In this document: positions 39,100 through 51,969 of the stretch, in pieces | How positions within the stretch are numbered: the first letter of the stretch is position 1 | How the letters are laid out: each line of letters begins with the position of its first letter | Source: Hypanus sabinus | Lineage: Eukaryota | NCBI RefSeq assembly: GCF_030144855.1 | Contig: NC_082720.1 | Location: 23,126,001-23,190,000 of the forward strand | Length of the DNA stretch: 64,000 bases | Direction of reading: 5' to 3' | The notes under the pieces: generated by a model | What the model saw: the letters and a program-made list of their open reading frames with translations, nothing else | The model's database searches: none | What the model was told of the DNA's origin: nothing | Made by a program: the position numbers and the translations under genes

Positions 39100-41820
39100 T
39101 GATGGCATTAAACAGGAATTCTTAAAAGTTGATTGGAAGAGGTTGTTTTCAGGTAAGGGGACATCAGGTAAATGGTAAGCATTTAATTATTGAAACAGAA
39201 ATGTAGAAAACCTGCATCACAATACAGGCCCTTTGGTCCACAAAGTTGTGCCAAAAAGTTGTACCTTAGAAATTACTAGGCTTACCCATAGCCCTCTATT
39301 TTACTAAGCTCCATGTGCCTATCTAAAAGTCTCTTAAAAGACCCTATTGTATCTGCCTCTTTCAAGCGCCTGTGCAGTCTCACCTCTCTTTTACCCCGAG
39401 TAGTAAAAAACTCTCTTCTCTCTGAAAAATCAGACGTTTACTCGCAGCCTTCTTGCTCCGCATTGGCAGGAAGACCAGCACCAGCATGTTCCTGTTGGAG
39501 TGATATGCAAGGTTGGTAAAACTAGGGAGCCTGGTTGATAAAGGTTGTGGAGGAGCTGGTCAGGGAAAAGAAGGAGGCAAGTGTCAGCTGACTTCAAGCA
39601 ATTATTATTTATGAGGATGTTGGATGTAAGAACACACTTGAGATTGAAATTAGAAGGGCAAAGAGGGACCACGAGGTATCTCTGGCAGATAGAATAAAGG
39701 AGATCATTAAAGATTCCATCAGTATACTAAGAATAAAAGAGCAGCTGGAGGGAGAATTGGTTCTCAAATGTGGTAACCTGAATGTTGCATGATGGGAAAT
39801 GGATGAGGCCTTCATTGGAATTGGTATTGGTTTATTTGTTGTCACATCTGTTGATACAGTGAGACGTAGATCAGACAGATCAAATGATTAGATAAAGCAG
39901 TGTCACTTTCCAGACCCTGAAGGAATATATATTTTGTGTCTGCCTTTATGGAGAATGGCATGGAAGTTAATGATTTCAGGAAAGGGAACAGTGATATCCT
40001 GGAACATATGAAGATTTTAATGAAGAGGGATTTGAGTTTTTGAAATGGACATGTAACTGTATGAGGAGGACATAGAAGGGTAAGAAATTAATTCAGCAAG
40101 TGGGATTAGTATAGAGAGTCATGATGGTTAGTATAGATGCCTTGCGCAAAAGGGCCTGTTTTTATGCTGTACAACTCCATGATTCTAAGATGGAGAGCTT
40201 TAAGGAGGAAATAAACTACAACATGATTTGACTGAATTCATTGATTTCAGTGTAGTACCAAGTATTTTGTCTTAGTCCATATGGTGCATGTTTGATTGTG
40301 ACTCCGAGGAAGGACATTTGGACCCATTGAGTCTGTGCCAGCAAACTAATCCGTTCCCTGATGACCTCTTATCCCTACATTCCCTGCATTCATGTCAACA
40401 CACACTCCCCCTCCCCCAGATTCTGCCACTCACCTAAATCCAAGGGATAATTCACAGCAGCCAATTAACCCACCAAATCACCCACCTTTGAGATGTGGGA
40501 GGGAAACAGAGCTTTCAAAGAAAACCCACGTCATTACAAGGACAATATACAAAATCCACACTAGCAGCACCTTTAATAATTACAACAACTATGGCTGTTG
40601 ACAAAGATTAAGTTTAATGTGAACAACTGAAGTTTGGAATGATGTCATATGAACCATTGTAAGTTACATGCAGGGGGCCAAGTAGTAATGTGAAAATTGC
40701 AGTTCAGGACTCTGCCATGACCTTTTGCAAAGGTCTAGGTTAAATGTGCAAGGTTAAGTCACTTAGTATCCAGGGAGAGATAATGGATTAGATTCATAAT
40801 TGGCGCAGCGGTGGGAAGCAGAGGGTAATGATCAAGTGTTGTTTCTTGGACTGGAGACCTGTGTCTAGTGGTGTGCCAGAGGGGTTGGTGCTGGAAACTT
40901 TGTTAAAAGTAACTTATCTAAGTGGTTTAGATATGAATGTCCACAGCATGGTCAGTAAGTTTGGGAATAATATTAAAATAGGTGGCATTGTAAATGGTGT
41001 CAAAAGTTATGAAAAAATGCAGGATAATTTTGAGCAACTAGATATGTGCACTGAACATTGGCAAGTGGCTTTTAATCCAGAAATACGTGAATTATATCAT
41101 TTTGTGAGATTAAACCAAGGTGGAATTTATACAGTAAATGGTAGTGTCCTGGGGCGTGTTTTGGAAGAGAGGGACCTAGAAATACAAGTATATTATTCAC
41201 TGAAAGCTTTGTCGCAGGAGATAGGATGGTGAAGAGGACATTTGGCATGCTGACCAACAATCAGAGTATAGAAGTAGGGAAATTATGATGTAATTATGTA
41301 AGCCATTGGCGAGGCTTCACTTGGAGTATTGTGTACAGCTTCGGTCACCATTTCGTAGGAAAAAATATCATTAAATTAGAAAAATGCAAAAAAAGATTTA
41401 CCAGATATTGCCTGGACTTGGTGCGTGAGATACTGCAAAGACTAGGATCTATACCCTGGAATGCAGGAAACCATGCCCTGACTGATGGATAATGAGAGGC
41501 AGAGACACGGTGAAAGCACGCAATCCTTTTCCTAGGGAAGGGCTGCTAAAAACAAGAGGGCATATTTTTAAGATCAAAGACAACAAGTTTATAAGGAAAA
41601 TCAGGGGAAGCCTCGTGTTAAGGGTGCTGGATATTTGGAATGAGCTGCCAAGAATTTTGGTTGGGGTGGGGACATTTAGCAACATTTAAAAGACATCTAG
41701 GTAAGTACATGGATCGGAAAGGTTTAGACAAGCCTCTGTGGATGGGCTCATGGGACAACACAGTCAGCATAGACAAGTTGTGGTAAAGGAGCTGTTTCCA
41801 TGCTGTTGTTTGTCTCTGAC
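39100..41820 (+). mobile_element. CR1 fragment cluster (copy B of 11350-13440), with a minus-strand SINE at ~40310-40570
   Basis: ORF 40828-41232 has WRPVSSGVPEGLVLETLL...SKFGNNIKIGG. Confidence 0.8.
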
Positions 41821-41893
41821 TCTATATAGTTCAGTATGGAGCTTGTTTGAACAAGTGACCAATGGGAATCATTGGTCCCTGGAATGGATGTTG

Positions 41894-42181
41894 TTCTTCT
41901 TCTTCAGTTGTCCGTCAATTTTTCGATGATGACTGAGGCCTGGGCAAGGTTGTATGGAAGACCTGCAGTTGCCCATGCTGCAAGTCTCCCCTCTCCACAC
42001 CACCAAGCTTATCCAAGGGAAGGGTATTAGGACTGATACAGTTTGGCCCTTGTGTCATCACAGAGCAATGTGTGGTTAACTGCCTTGCTCACGGACACAA
42101 CACGCTGCCTCAGCTAAGGCTCAAACTAACGACTTTCAGATCACTAGACACACGCCTTATCCACTTGACCACGTGCCACAC
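41894..42181 (-). mobile_element. tRNA-derived SINE with an 11-bp TSD, copy B only
   Basis: TSD aatggatgttg at 41883-41893 and 42182-42192. The reverse complement begins gtgtggcacgtggtcaagtgg (tRNA-like head) and ends in a (gaa)n tail. Empty site at ~13500. Confidence 0.85.
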
Positions 42182-42239
42182 AATGGATGTTGTAGTGATG
42201 CAGGGTTTAGCTCACATAATTTTACAACTTCCTGCAGTT

Positions 42240-42550
42240 CAATTCAATCCTGTGCAGTAGCTCCCCGCCAACCCCCATACTAGACGGTGAAGTAGCTGGA
42301 AATGTAGTCTGTACATACGTAGAAATTTGTGAGTATTTTAGGTGACACACCAAAATTCTCAAACTCCTAATGAAATATAGCCACTGCCTTGTCTTCTTTA
42401 CAGCTGCATCGATATGTTGGGACCAAGTTAGTTCCTCAGAGATATTTACACCCAGGATTTTGAAATTGCTCACTCTCTCCACTTCTGATCCCTCTATGAG
42501 GACTGGTGTGTGTTCCCTCAACTTACCCTTTTTACAGTCCACGATCAGCT
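42240..42550 (-). mobile_element. L2 RT fragment at the junction where copy B lacks leader and IgV
   Basis: ORF 42222-42542(-) has VERVSNFKILGVNISEELTW...RQWLYFIRSL. Confidence 0.8.
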
Positions 42551-42691
42551 CTTTTAATAACTACTTCAGTTTTCTGTTCAATGTAACACAATGGATAAAC
42601 TTGAAATGAGTGAATAATAGGGTATGACTTAGTTTTGACCAACAGAAAAATAAATGTAATGTTTCTTCCGTTACGTGCACCCACTAAACAG

Positions 42692-42706
42692 CTCCATTAA
42701 CCATGT
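42692..42706 (+). CDS. Candidate stalk micro-exon m1B (15 nt, A-PLTM)
   Basis: gtttcttccgttac...aaacag|ctccattaaccatgt|gtaagtg. Homologous to 18463-18477; phase 1-1. Confidence 0.4.
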
Positions 42707-43505
42707 GTAAGTGCTTTATTACACACCATGGAAATGATCATGCTTATTTACATCTCTGATATTAATGTGTTTTGGATAAACTGCACAGGTGTTGATAAAA
42801 GTTAAAAAGTGTGCCTTGAAATTGCTTTTAATATAAATATTTATGTTTAGAATCTTAAGATTCGGTGAAGGTATTTGCATAAGGACAGGCTGGGAAAGTT
42901 TGCAATTGAAGTGACAGTGAGACTTGCACTCTACGAAACGCCTTTCTCACTGAGCAGCCAAAGGGGAACCTATTTCCACAGAGAGGGATGTGGTAAGGAT
43001 CAGATGTAGATCATGACTGTATATTTTTAAATTTAATTAATTATTGGCCAAGAATGGAGGTAATTTTTTTGTTCATGAAAATAATCAAAGTCGTGACAAT
43101 ATGGAAAGATCTTAATTTGACAAAATTAATGGTACTGTGTCTGGTCATAGCATTTGCAACAAGGTAAACAAATCAATGACACAAATAGAAGTACTGTAAT
43201 CCTAATTTCATCACGTTGTGGAAATGTGTCAACAATTTTTTATGAACAAGCTCAGTGAGATGATAAGAACTTGGCAGATGGAACACAAAGAAGAAAAATG
43301 GGAGATCATCCAATTTTGGAAAAAGTCGAGTTTTCATTCGATGCTAAGAGATAGGGTGGTGCTGAAACTTTAGGAATAAGGTGTGATGATACACACGTCT
43401 CTTCAGGCCATTGTGCAGGTGCAAATATTAAGTCACCATTTATGATAAGAAGCTTTGAACATAGGAGTAACAGAGTCAAACTGTAGTTGCACAGAGTCTT
43501 GGCAA

Positions 43506-43693
43506 GGGGCTAGCAAACCCATTCCATAAAAACTCAGAGCTACAGAAACTCCAAACTTCTCATCACTGGGAAAGGAAGGAACACCACCATGTCCTACACC
43601 TGTGGATGGTTAGAAAGATTGGTTCAGGACAGAGGCTTCTAGTCACATACTCTTGGTGGCCAATGCCCCAGAAGGGATGATGGTTTTAACTAA
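43506..43693. mobile_element. Short insertion with a ~15-bp imperfect TSD, copy B only
   Basis: cagagtcttggcaag / cagagtcttgccaag flank the insert. The single site in copy A is at ~19073. Confidence 0.5.
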
Positions 43694-43898
43694 CAGAGTC
43701 TTGCCAAGATTGCTCTGGGAAGGTAGTGGAGAGTTTTGGTTTATTGACAATGAAAAGACATACTTGCCATTGAGAGAGAACAATGAATAACTGTAGTCAC
43801 AGATGGCAATTCACCTCACCCTTCCCTCACTCTTCAATGGAGTGAGTGCTCAATTTATTGTTTGAACATGTCAGTGGTCCACTTGGACAGATTATATC

Positions 43899-44085
43899 TG
43901 TGATGAGAGACCTAGGCGAGGATGGTTAGTACCCATGTGCTGGAGTATCTGAAACTAGAATCGAGACATGGCCGCCAATCGGGTCAGGCCTGAGTCTTTA
44001 AAGAGGCCGTGCCAGCTATCCATATTCTGGAGAGTTTAAGTGCCTAAACCCCGGAAGCTGGCGTGGTTGGGTGCTTGTCATAGCA
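43899..44085. mobile_element. Short TG...CA solo-LTR-like insertion, copy B only
   Basis: Starts tgtgatg, ends tagca, flanked by atatc / gtatc. Absent at ~19280 in copy A. Confidence 0.45.
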
Positions 44086-44237
44086 GTATCTGAACTGCCC
44101 TTTGCCCTTTGGAGGCTGCTAACTTATCATTGTTTCTCATCAATGGGAAGCACAGCAATCTGAGAGAGGGTGAATCTATGTCTGGAGCCTGGATCTGGAA
44201 CACTGAGCATCAGAATGCTCCCTGTGTATTCACACAG

Positions 44238-44252
44238 CAGCTGAACATTCAG
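44238..44252 (+). CDS. Candidate stalk micro-exon m2B (15 nt, S-AEHS)
   Basis: ctccctgtgtattcacacag|cagctgaacattcag|gtgtgggtga. Phase 1-1 with a NAGNAG acceptor. Confidence 0.4.
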
Positions 44253-47200
44253 GTGTGGGTGAATCTTTTCTGGTGCAGCACATCAGAGATTGTCATGTGG
44301 AGCTCACAAGGTGTTTAAATAACATGGAGAGATTCATCAATGCTAATTGATTGACATGTTGAACATATGCTGATGGACACTGAGGTCCATATTGGTCAGA
44401 CTGACATCAGATCAGGATTGGACTTTGACTAATAATCCAATTTATATCTTATATCAAAAATTACCTCATGGCTATGTAGCTCCCAGAGGTAGAATAAAAA
44501 AACATCCCACGGCATTACTTTCAAGAACAAGAAATTATCTCCATTCCTGGCCAATAATTAATCAAATTAAAACATCTATGATCATGATCTATATTTATTT
44601 ATTTTATCTCATAGTTAACTCTTTCTGTTGCAAACCTCAAGAAATCTACATTGGTTTCTCCAATGTGGAGGAGAACATATTGTGAGAACTGAATTTGGCA
44701 AACTAATGTGGAAGAGGTACAAATGATGATAGGAAGCATTAATTGATCAGATGTTGTATCACAAATGAGCCTTTTTATCTTTTTCCCTTTCTATGTTAAC
44801 TGTTTGATAAATTGAAAGATGGTAAATACATTTTCTTAATAATTTTACGCTGGTGCGTGACCTGTCATTTCTAGGCTGCAGATAACAATGTACGGGCAGC
44901 ACTTAGACAGCATTCGCTCAAATCAAGGTTCCTTTAATTGAAACATCACGACGTTCCTGCTTGGTTGAACCCCAATCATACTGACACTAGATGTGTGTTG
45001 CTTATGGAAGGTAGCCTTCTCACCTCTGAGTCACGCGGCGTTAGTCAGCTAGTGAGTCAAGTTGGTGTACGTGCCCTGGTGAGAGGGTTGAATTTGTGGG
45101 GTGCTCATCTTGGATTTTGGATGCTGTTTAAGGATTGATTAAGTGGTTTATGGTGTGTTTAAACTAGTGTTTGGGGGAGTGAGGTGTGTCGTAATTATTA
45201 TGGATGCCGCGGGGATTAAGGTTTGATGCGATTCAAGCGGTTATCCACAAGTCCTGCTTGTGTTCTGAGCAGCGTGGATATTGGAATTCACAACAAAGTG
45301 CTAGTTAGTGCTGAGTTCTGTATCTGTATTGGGGAAAGTTATGCTGGGTGAACGGCATTTTGACCAATCGGTTGGTAAGTATGTCATGTTCGTATAGGTT
45401 ACCAGTGATGTAACTGAAGTCGTGTGCCTGATAAAATGAGGGAGCCTGGAGGAAGTAGGGTCATGGGCTGTCCATATTTTTGGAGAAATGGTGGAGACTT
45501 CAAAGGCAAGTTATATGAAGCTGAGGGCGAAGACTTTAAAGGCAAGTTGTTTTCGTTTTTGCGAAGTGAGGGGAAGGAGTTGTCAGATGTGAAGGAACTA
45601 ATGGGTCCTTCAGCTGAGCTGGTTTCGGAAATCACCTCTCTTCAATGCAGAAGTGTATCCGCCACAAGCCAAAGTTATCGTAGGCTGAGAGTGTTCTCCA
45701 GAGCCAAGCTCACCCCAATGGGGAAGGAGAAAGAGGCTTGAGCTGGGCTGACTACTCAGTTCCTGAATGACTAGCAATGCTCAGATAATATGAAAAGACA
45801 GTGACTGCTAGAGAGTTTAAAAAGTCCTGCTGCTGTGGTGGTGAGTTTCTTCAAAGTTTCTTCAGGCTCTAGATACAGCTGCCTTGCTTGTGCTGTAAAT
45901 GGGCTGTTCAACTGGCTGAGATAAATCGATTAAGGATGGGGCAAGTTGTGAACAGGGTGCTGTCAAATGACATGATCGCTTTATGCATTCAAATGAACTC
46001 ACAACATGCATTCCCCTCCCTCATTTCTTGGGCTGATCAGAGAAGTAAGAGAGGGCGAAAATATGATAGAGGAGTGGGAGGCCCCCACCAGTCGGGCAGT
46101 GTCCTCAGGAGTAGCCCATTGCTGAAGCGACCCACAAGCGTGGGTTTTGCCAGATGAAGTGAAAACTCTGGAAGTCGAAGGTTCTTAATTGACGTTGGCT
46201 AGTGCTGCCACCAAGTGAGACAAATCTGACAGGAAACCTGACCCACCCGTAGGATGCACTAAGCAGAGGCATGCTGCTGAACAGGGTCTTTTGACGAGTG
46301 AAGTGACTGGTATTTTCTGTTTCAAACGTGCAGAGGATGGACATTTCAAAAGGGAGTGTGAGGGACAGGAAAACCTTTGGGAAGTAACCTGGTGACCGCT
46401 TAAACAGAAAGGAAGTTGGGAAACTTTGCAGGGGTCTAGTAGGGAACGGCCTAGTGTCTCGGAGAGAATATGTTCCATTCAATGTATCAAGGAAAACACT
46501 AATGTATGCAACCCTATTCCTGAAGGCTTAATGGGACCAAGCTAAAGGGTTGAGACCTGTTGCTTTTGTCATTTGAACCGAACTACCCTACGCACAAAAT
46601 GGAGTTTCTGACATTGAAATGAGTGTGGTGGATAAGTTAAATGACTATTTATATGGTGCCAAGATTGAGGTGAGGACTGACATCAATCCACCGACTCATA
46701 GCCTGACCTGGGCGAAGTTAGATGCCATGGAGCATCGCTGGTTGGTGGCATTGTCCGCTTATGATTCAGTCTTAAATATCAGCCGGGGAGTCGGAACTGT
46801 TGCGGATGCGTTGTCCCGACTTTCGCATGAGGTGCTGGAAATGGACGGAGAGTGGGAGGGTGTTCCTGCCTCTGGTGATAAAACAATGTGCTAGTTTTCC
46901 ACAGTGGGCGGATCAGAGGCAAGGCTATGGCATGGCGGAGTTGTGGATCATTTGGGACTTGCGGTTATGGCATTCCACAAGCATAGTGCAACTTCACCGC
47001 TCTGGATATGAAGCAGTTGCCTGCCTTGAGACCTGAGGAATTGGCAACAACCCAGCGAGATGACCCTTGTATAGGTGTTATTTGGTCATCGATTGTCAGA
47101 AGAAATACGGCCCAAGTTGAGCAGGCAAAATCCCCTACCATAGCCCTACTGTTGATTTTTCCTGAGTAGTACCAGAGGACTGTACTAATGTCTCGTCATG

Positions 47201-48609
47201 ATGACTTGGGTTATTTAGGTTTGACCTATAGATTGGTCTGAGACTGGTTCTTTTGGCCTTGAATAAAGCCTGAGTTCAAGAGTATTGTAAGTCATGCATG
47301 TGATGTATTCGGAAGAAGACACTGCCTATGACAGTTGCTCCATTACCTCATTTATAAAGTTCAGGACTACGTAATTTAGTGTGTATCAATTTCCTCTCCA
47401 TAGAGCCTGATTCCAGTAACATTGCAAATGTCTTGGTCATCACAGATCACTACAGATATGCTTAAACCTTCCCTACAATGGATCAGAGAGATTCTACGGT
47501 TGCCGAAGTGTTGTGAGAGAAGTATTTTGTTTATTATGGCCTCCTGAGAAGGGTACACAGTGATCAGGAAAGCGATTTTGATTGTCGGCTCATGTATGAG
47601 TTACTAGGCATGCTTAGAATCGAGAAGTCAAGAACCACACCTCATCACCCTCAGGGTGATAGTCAGCCTAAAACATTCAACCAGACATTGTTAGACATGC
47701 TTGAAACCCTGGATGCCAACAAACAGTCAACATATTAGACATTTGGTACACTGCTACAACTGTACACAGAATTAATCTACCAGATGCTCACCATACTATT
47801 CGATGTTCAGTGCAAAGCAAAATTATCTGTAGATCTCTGTTTTGAAGCTGGCGATGATGATTATGAGCTAGCAATGGTTTCTGTTACAAAGCAATTTGAA
47901 GGAAACAAGAGGAGATAAGATCAAAAGATTAGGTTCTCTCAAATGATGCCTGGTGACAGAGTTTTAATAAGAAATTTGGAGCTACCAGGGAAGCATAAGT
48001 TGACTGACTGCTGTGTGTCTACGCCTTACGTAGTGGAGAATCAGATGCCAAATTTGCCAGTTTTCCAGATGAAGCCAGAGGATGGTAACAGTCCTGTCAA
48101 AATTCTCCATCAGAGTCACCTTTTACCCCTAGGGCAGGAAGTATGTGCTGATCCAGAGCCTGACACAGACCCTCCACTGAGTAGGAGAACTCTGCACAGA
48201 GGAGGAAACTAGCTGACAATCGTGTGATTTCAGTGGAAAGACCTGAAGAGGAACCAACCACTGAGTACTGTACAGGCTCAGAGGATGAGGAAATAGGAAT
48301 ATGCTATGCTTAACCTTATACAAACTCCCCAAGAACTGATGAAGAGTTATTTGGCTCTCCCAGCTCTGACTCAGATGGAACAAGTAAGTGTGGGAATAGA
48401 CATTTAGGGGACACTGGGCTCCAATATAATCGGGGATGAAGCTGAATTCAGTCAGATGGCCGGGAACCTGAGAGGCCAGAAGGTATGAGTGATTGACACT
48501 GGAGGCATCCCCTAGTAAACATGACCAGTCACAAGAAGTGCCTGAGACTGAGGAAGCTGCTGATGAGATAAGAAGGTTTGCTACTGCTGTTCAAGAGGAT
48601 ATAAACTAA

Positions 48610-51600
48610 TGTGGCAGGGGGATGGGAACAAGTGAAGAGAGACAGAGGGGTGTAAAATGAGGGTAGAAGCAAAAAGTAGTAAGGTGAAAAGTAAAAGTGG
48701 TAGGCAGGCAAATCCAGGGCAAAAAGCAAAAAGGGCCACTTTTCAACATAATTGTATAAGGGTGAAGAGTGTTGCAAAAACAGGCTTGAAGGCTTTGTGT
48801 GTCAATGCGAGGAGCATTCGTAACAAGATGGATGAATTGAATGTGCAGATAGTTATTAATGAGTATGATATAGTTGGGATCACAGAGACATGGCTCCAGG
48901 GTGACCAAGGATGGGAGCTCAATATCCAGGGATATTCAATATTCAGGAGGGATAGACAGGAAAGAAAAGGAGGTGGGGTAGCATTGCTGGTTAGAGAGGA
49001 GATTAACGCAATAGAAAGGAAGGACATTAGCCTGGAGAATGTGGAATCGATATGGGTAGAGCTGCATAACACTAAGGGGCAGAAAACGCTGGTGGGAGTT
49101 GTGTACAGGCCACCGAGCAGTAGTAGTGAGGTTGAGGGTGGCATTAAACAGGAAATTAGAAATGCGTGCAATAAAGGAACAGTAGTTATAATGGGTGACC
49201 TCAATCTACATATAGATTGGGTGAACCAAATTGGTTAGGGTGCTGAGGAAGAGGATTTCTTGGAATGTATGCGAGATGGTTTTCTGAGCCAACATGTCGA
49301 GGGACCAACTGGAGAGCAGGCCATTCTAGATTGAGTATTGAGCAATGAGGAAGGGTTAGTTAGCAGTCTTATCGTGCGAGGCCTCTTGGGTAAGAGTGAC
49401 GATAATATGGTGGAATTCTTCATTAAGATGGAGAGTGACACAGTTAATTCAGAAACAAAGGTTCTGAACTTAAAGAAGGATAACTTTGAAGGTATGAGAC
49501 ATGAATTAGCTAAGATAGACTGTCAAATGATACTTAAAGGGTCGACGGTGGATATGCAATGGCAAGCATTTAAAGATCGCATGGATGAACTACAACAATT
49601 GTTCATCCCAGTTTGGCAAAAGAATAAACCAGGGAAGGTAGTACACCCGTGGCTGACAAGGGAAATTAGGGATAGTATCAAGTCCAAAGAAGAAACATAT
49701 AAATTAGCAAAAAAAAGCGGCACACCTGAGGAGTGGGAGAAATTCAGAGACCAGCAGAGGAGGACAAAGGGCTTAATTAGGAAAGGGAAAAAGATTATAA
49801 GAAAAAGCTGGCAGGGAACATAAAAACTGACTGTAAAAGCTTTTATAGATATGTGAAAAGAAAAAGATTGGTCAAGACAAATGTAAGTCCCTTACAGTCA
49901 GAAACAGGTGAATTGATCATAGGGAACAAAGACATGGTAGACCAATTGAATAACTACTTTGGTTCTGTCTTCACTAAGGAGAACTTAAATAATCTTCCGG
50001 AAATAGTAAGGGACCGAGGGTCTAGTGAGATGGAGGAACTGAGGGAAATACATGACAGTAGGGAAGTGGTGTTAGGTAAATTGAAGGGATTAAAGGCAGA
50101 TAAATCTCCAGGGCCAGATGGTCTGCATCCCAGAGTGCTTAAGGAAGTAGCCCAAGAAATAGTGGATGCATTAGTGATAATTTTTCAAAACTCCTTAGAT
50201 TCTGGATTAGTTCCTGAGGATTGGAGGGTGGCTAATGTAACCCCACTTTTTAAAAAAGGAGGGAGAGAAAAACCGGGGAATTATAGACCGGTTAGTCTAA
50301 CATCGGTGGTGGGGAAAATGCTAGAGTCAGTTATCAAAAATGTGATAACAGCACATTTGGAAAGAGGTGAAATCATCGGACAAAGTCAGCATGGATTTGT
50401 GAAAGGAAAATATTGTCTGACAAATCTTATAGAATTTTTTGAAGATGTAAGTAATAGAGTGGATAGGAGAGAGCCAGTGGTTGTGGTATATTTAGATTTT
50501 CAAAAGGCTTTTGACAAGGTCCCACACAGGAGATTATTGTGCAAACTTAAAGTACATGGTATTGGGGGTATGGTATTGATGTGGTTAGAGAATTGGTTGG
50601 CAGACAGGAAGTAAAGAGTGGGAGTAAACGGGACCTTTTCAGAATCGCAGGCAGTGGCTAGTGGGATACCGCAAGGCTCAGTGCTGGGACCTCAGTTGTT
50701 TACAATATATATTAATGATTTAGATGAGAGAATTAAATGCAGCATCTCCATGCGGATGACACGAAGCTGGGTGGCGGTGTTAGCTGTGAGGAGGATGCTA
50801 AGAGGATGCAGGGTGACTTGGATAGGTTAGGTGAGTGGGCAAATTAATGGCAGATGCAATTTAATGTGGATAAATGTGAGGTTATCCACTTTGATTGCAA
50901 GAACAGGAAAACAGATTATTATCTGAACGGTGGCCGATTAGGAAAAGGGGAGGTGAAACGCGACCTGGGTGTCATTGTACACCAGTCATTGAAGGTGGGC
51001 ATGCAGGTACAGCAGGTGGTGAAAAAGACAAATGGTATGTTGACATTCAAAGCAAAAGGATTTGAGTACAGGAGCAGGGAGGTTCTACTGCAGTTGTACA
51101 AGGCCTTGGTGAGACCGCACCTAGAGTATTGTGTGCAGTTTTCCTAATCTGAGGAAAGAGATTATTGCCATAGAGGGAGTACAAAGAAGGTTCACTAGAT
51201 TGATTCCTGGGATGGCAGGTCTTTCATATGAAGAAAGACTGGATCAACTAGGCTTATACTCACTGGAATTTAGAAGATTGAGGGGGGATCTTATTGAAAC
51301 GTATAAAATTCTAAAGGGATTGGACAGGCTAGATGCAGGAAGATTGTTTCCAATATTGGGGAAGTGCAGAACGAGGGGTCACAGTTTAAGGATAAAGGGG
51401 AAGCCTTTTAGGACCGAGATGAGGAAAAACTTCTTCACACGGAGAGTGGTGAATCTGTGGAATTCTCTGCCACAGGAAACAGTTGAGGCCGGTTCATTGG
51501 CTGTATTTAAGAGAAAGTTAGATATGGCCCTTGTGGCTAAAGGGATCAGGGGGTATGGAGAAAAGGCAGGTACAGGGTTCTGAGTTGGATGATCAGCCAT

Positions 51601-51678
51601 GATCACACTGAATGGTGGTGCAGGCTCGAAGGGCCGAATGGCCTACACCTGCACCTATTTTCTATGTTTCTATGTTTC
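48610..51678 (+). mobile_element. Relatively young, nearly full ORF2 CR1 LINE
   Basis: Endonuclease (NARSIRNK, GITETW, VVYRPP, MGDLN), RT (KSPGPDG, NYRPVSLTS, YLDFQKAFDKV, GIPQGSVLGP) and a (tttctatg)n tail. A few stops and frameshifts. Confidence 0.96.
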
Positions 51679-51969
51679 TAACGTCTCAGGGAGTCAGGGA
51701 ACTCCCAGATAGGCTGCAGATGATGGAGTGTTGCATCCATCCCTATAGTGAATTATGTTACTGCGTTTTACAAATGGATTGTAGGTCTCGAAATCCTGAA
51801 TTTCATTTTAATACCGTGTAACTGATAATGGTTTAATAGGTTCCAAAGTTATGAAGACATGACTATTTTGTTGATGGGTGGAGAGTGTAATGCCTTGGTT
51901 ATTTCTACTTGGTTATTTCTAATATGTCTACTGCTATGCTGTAGGTATTTTATTTTAGCAGTTTTCTGT

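Larger units (their letters stand above)
20500..44335 (+). repeat. Segmental (tandem) duplicate, copy B, of ~1-19560
   Basis: Same ordered series of TE fragments and unique spacers. Example pairs: 1350/22143, 2870/28960, 5510/31065, 9850/36935, 10250/37865, 13460/41840, 18430/42660, 19350/44125. Confidence 0.93.
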
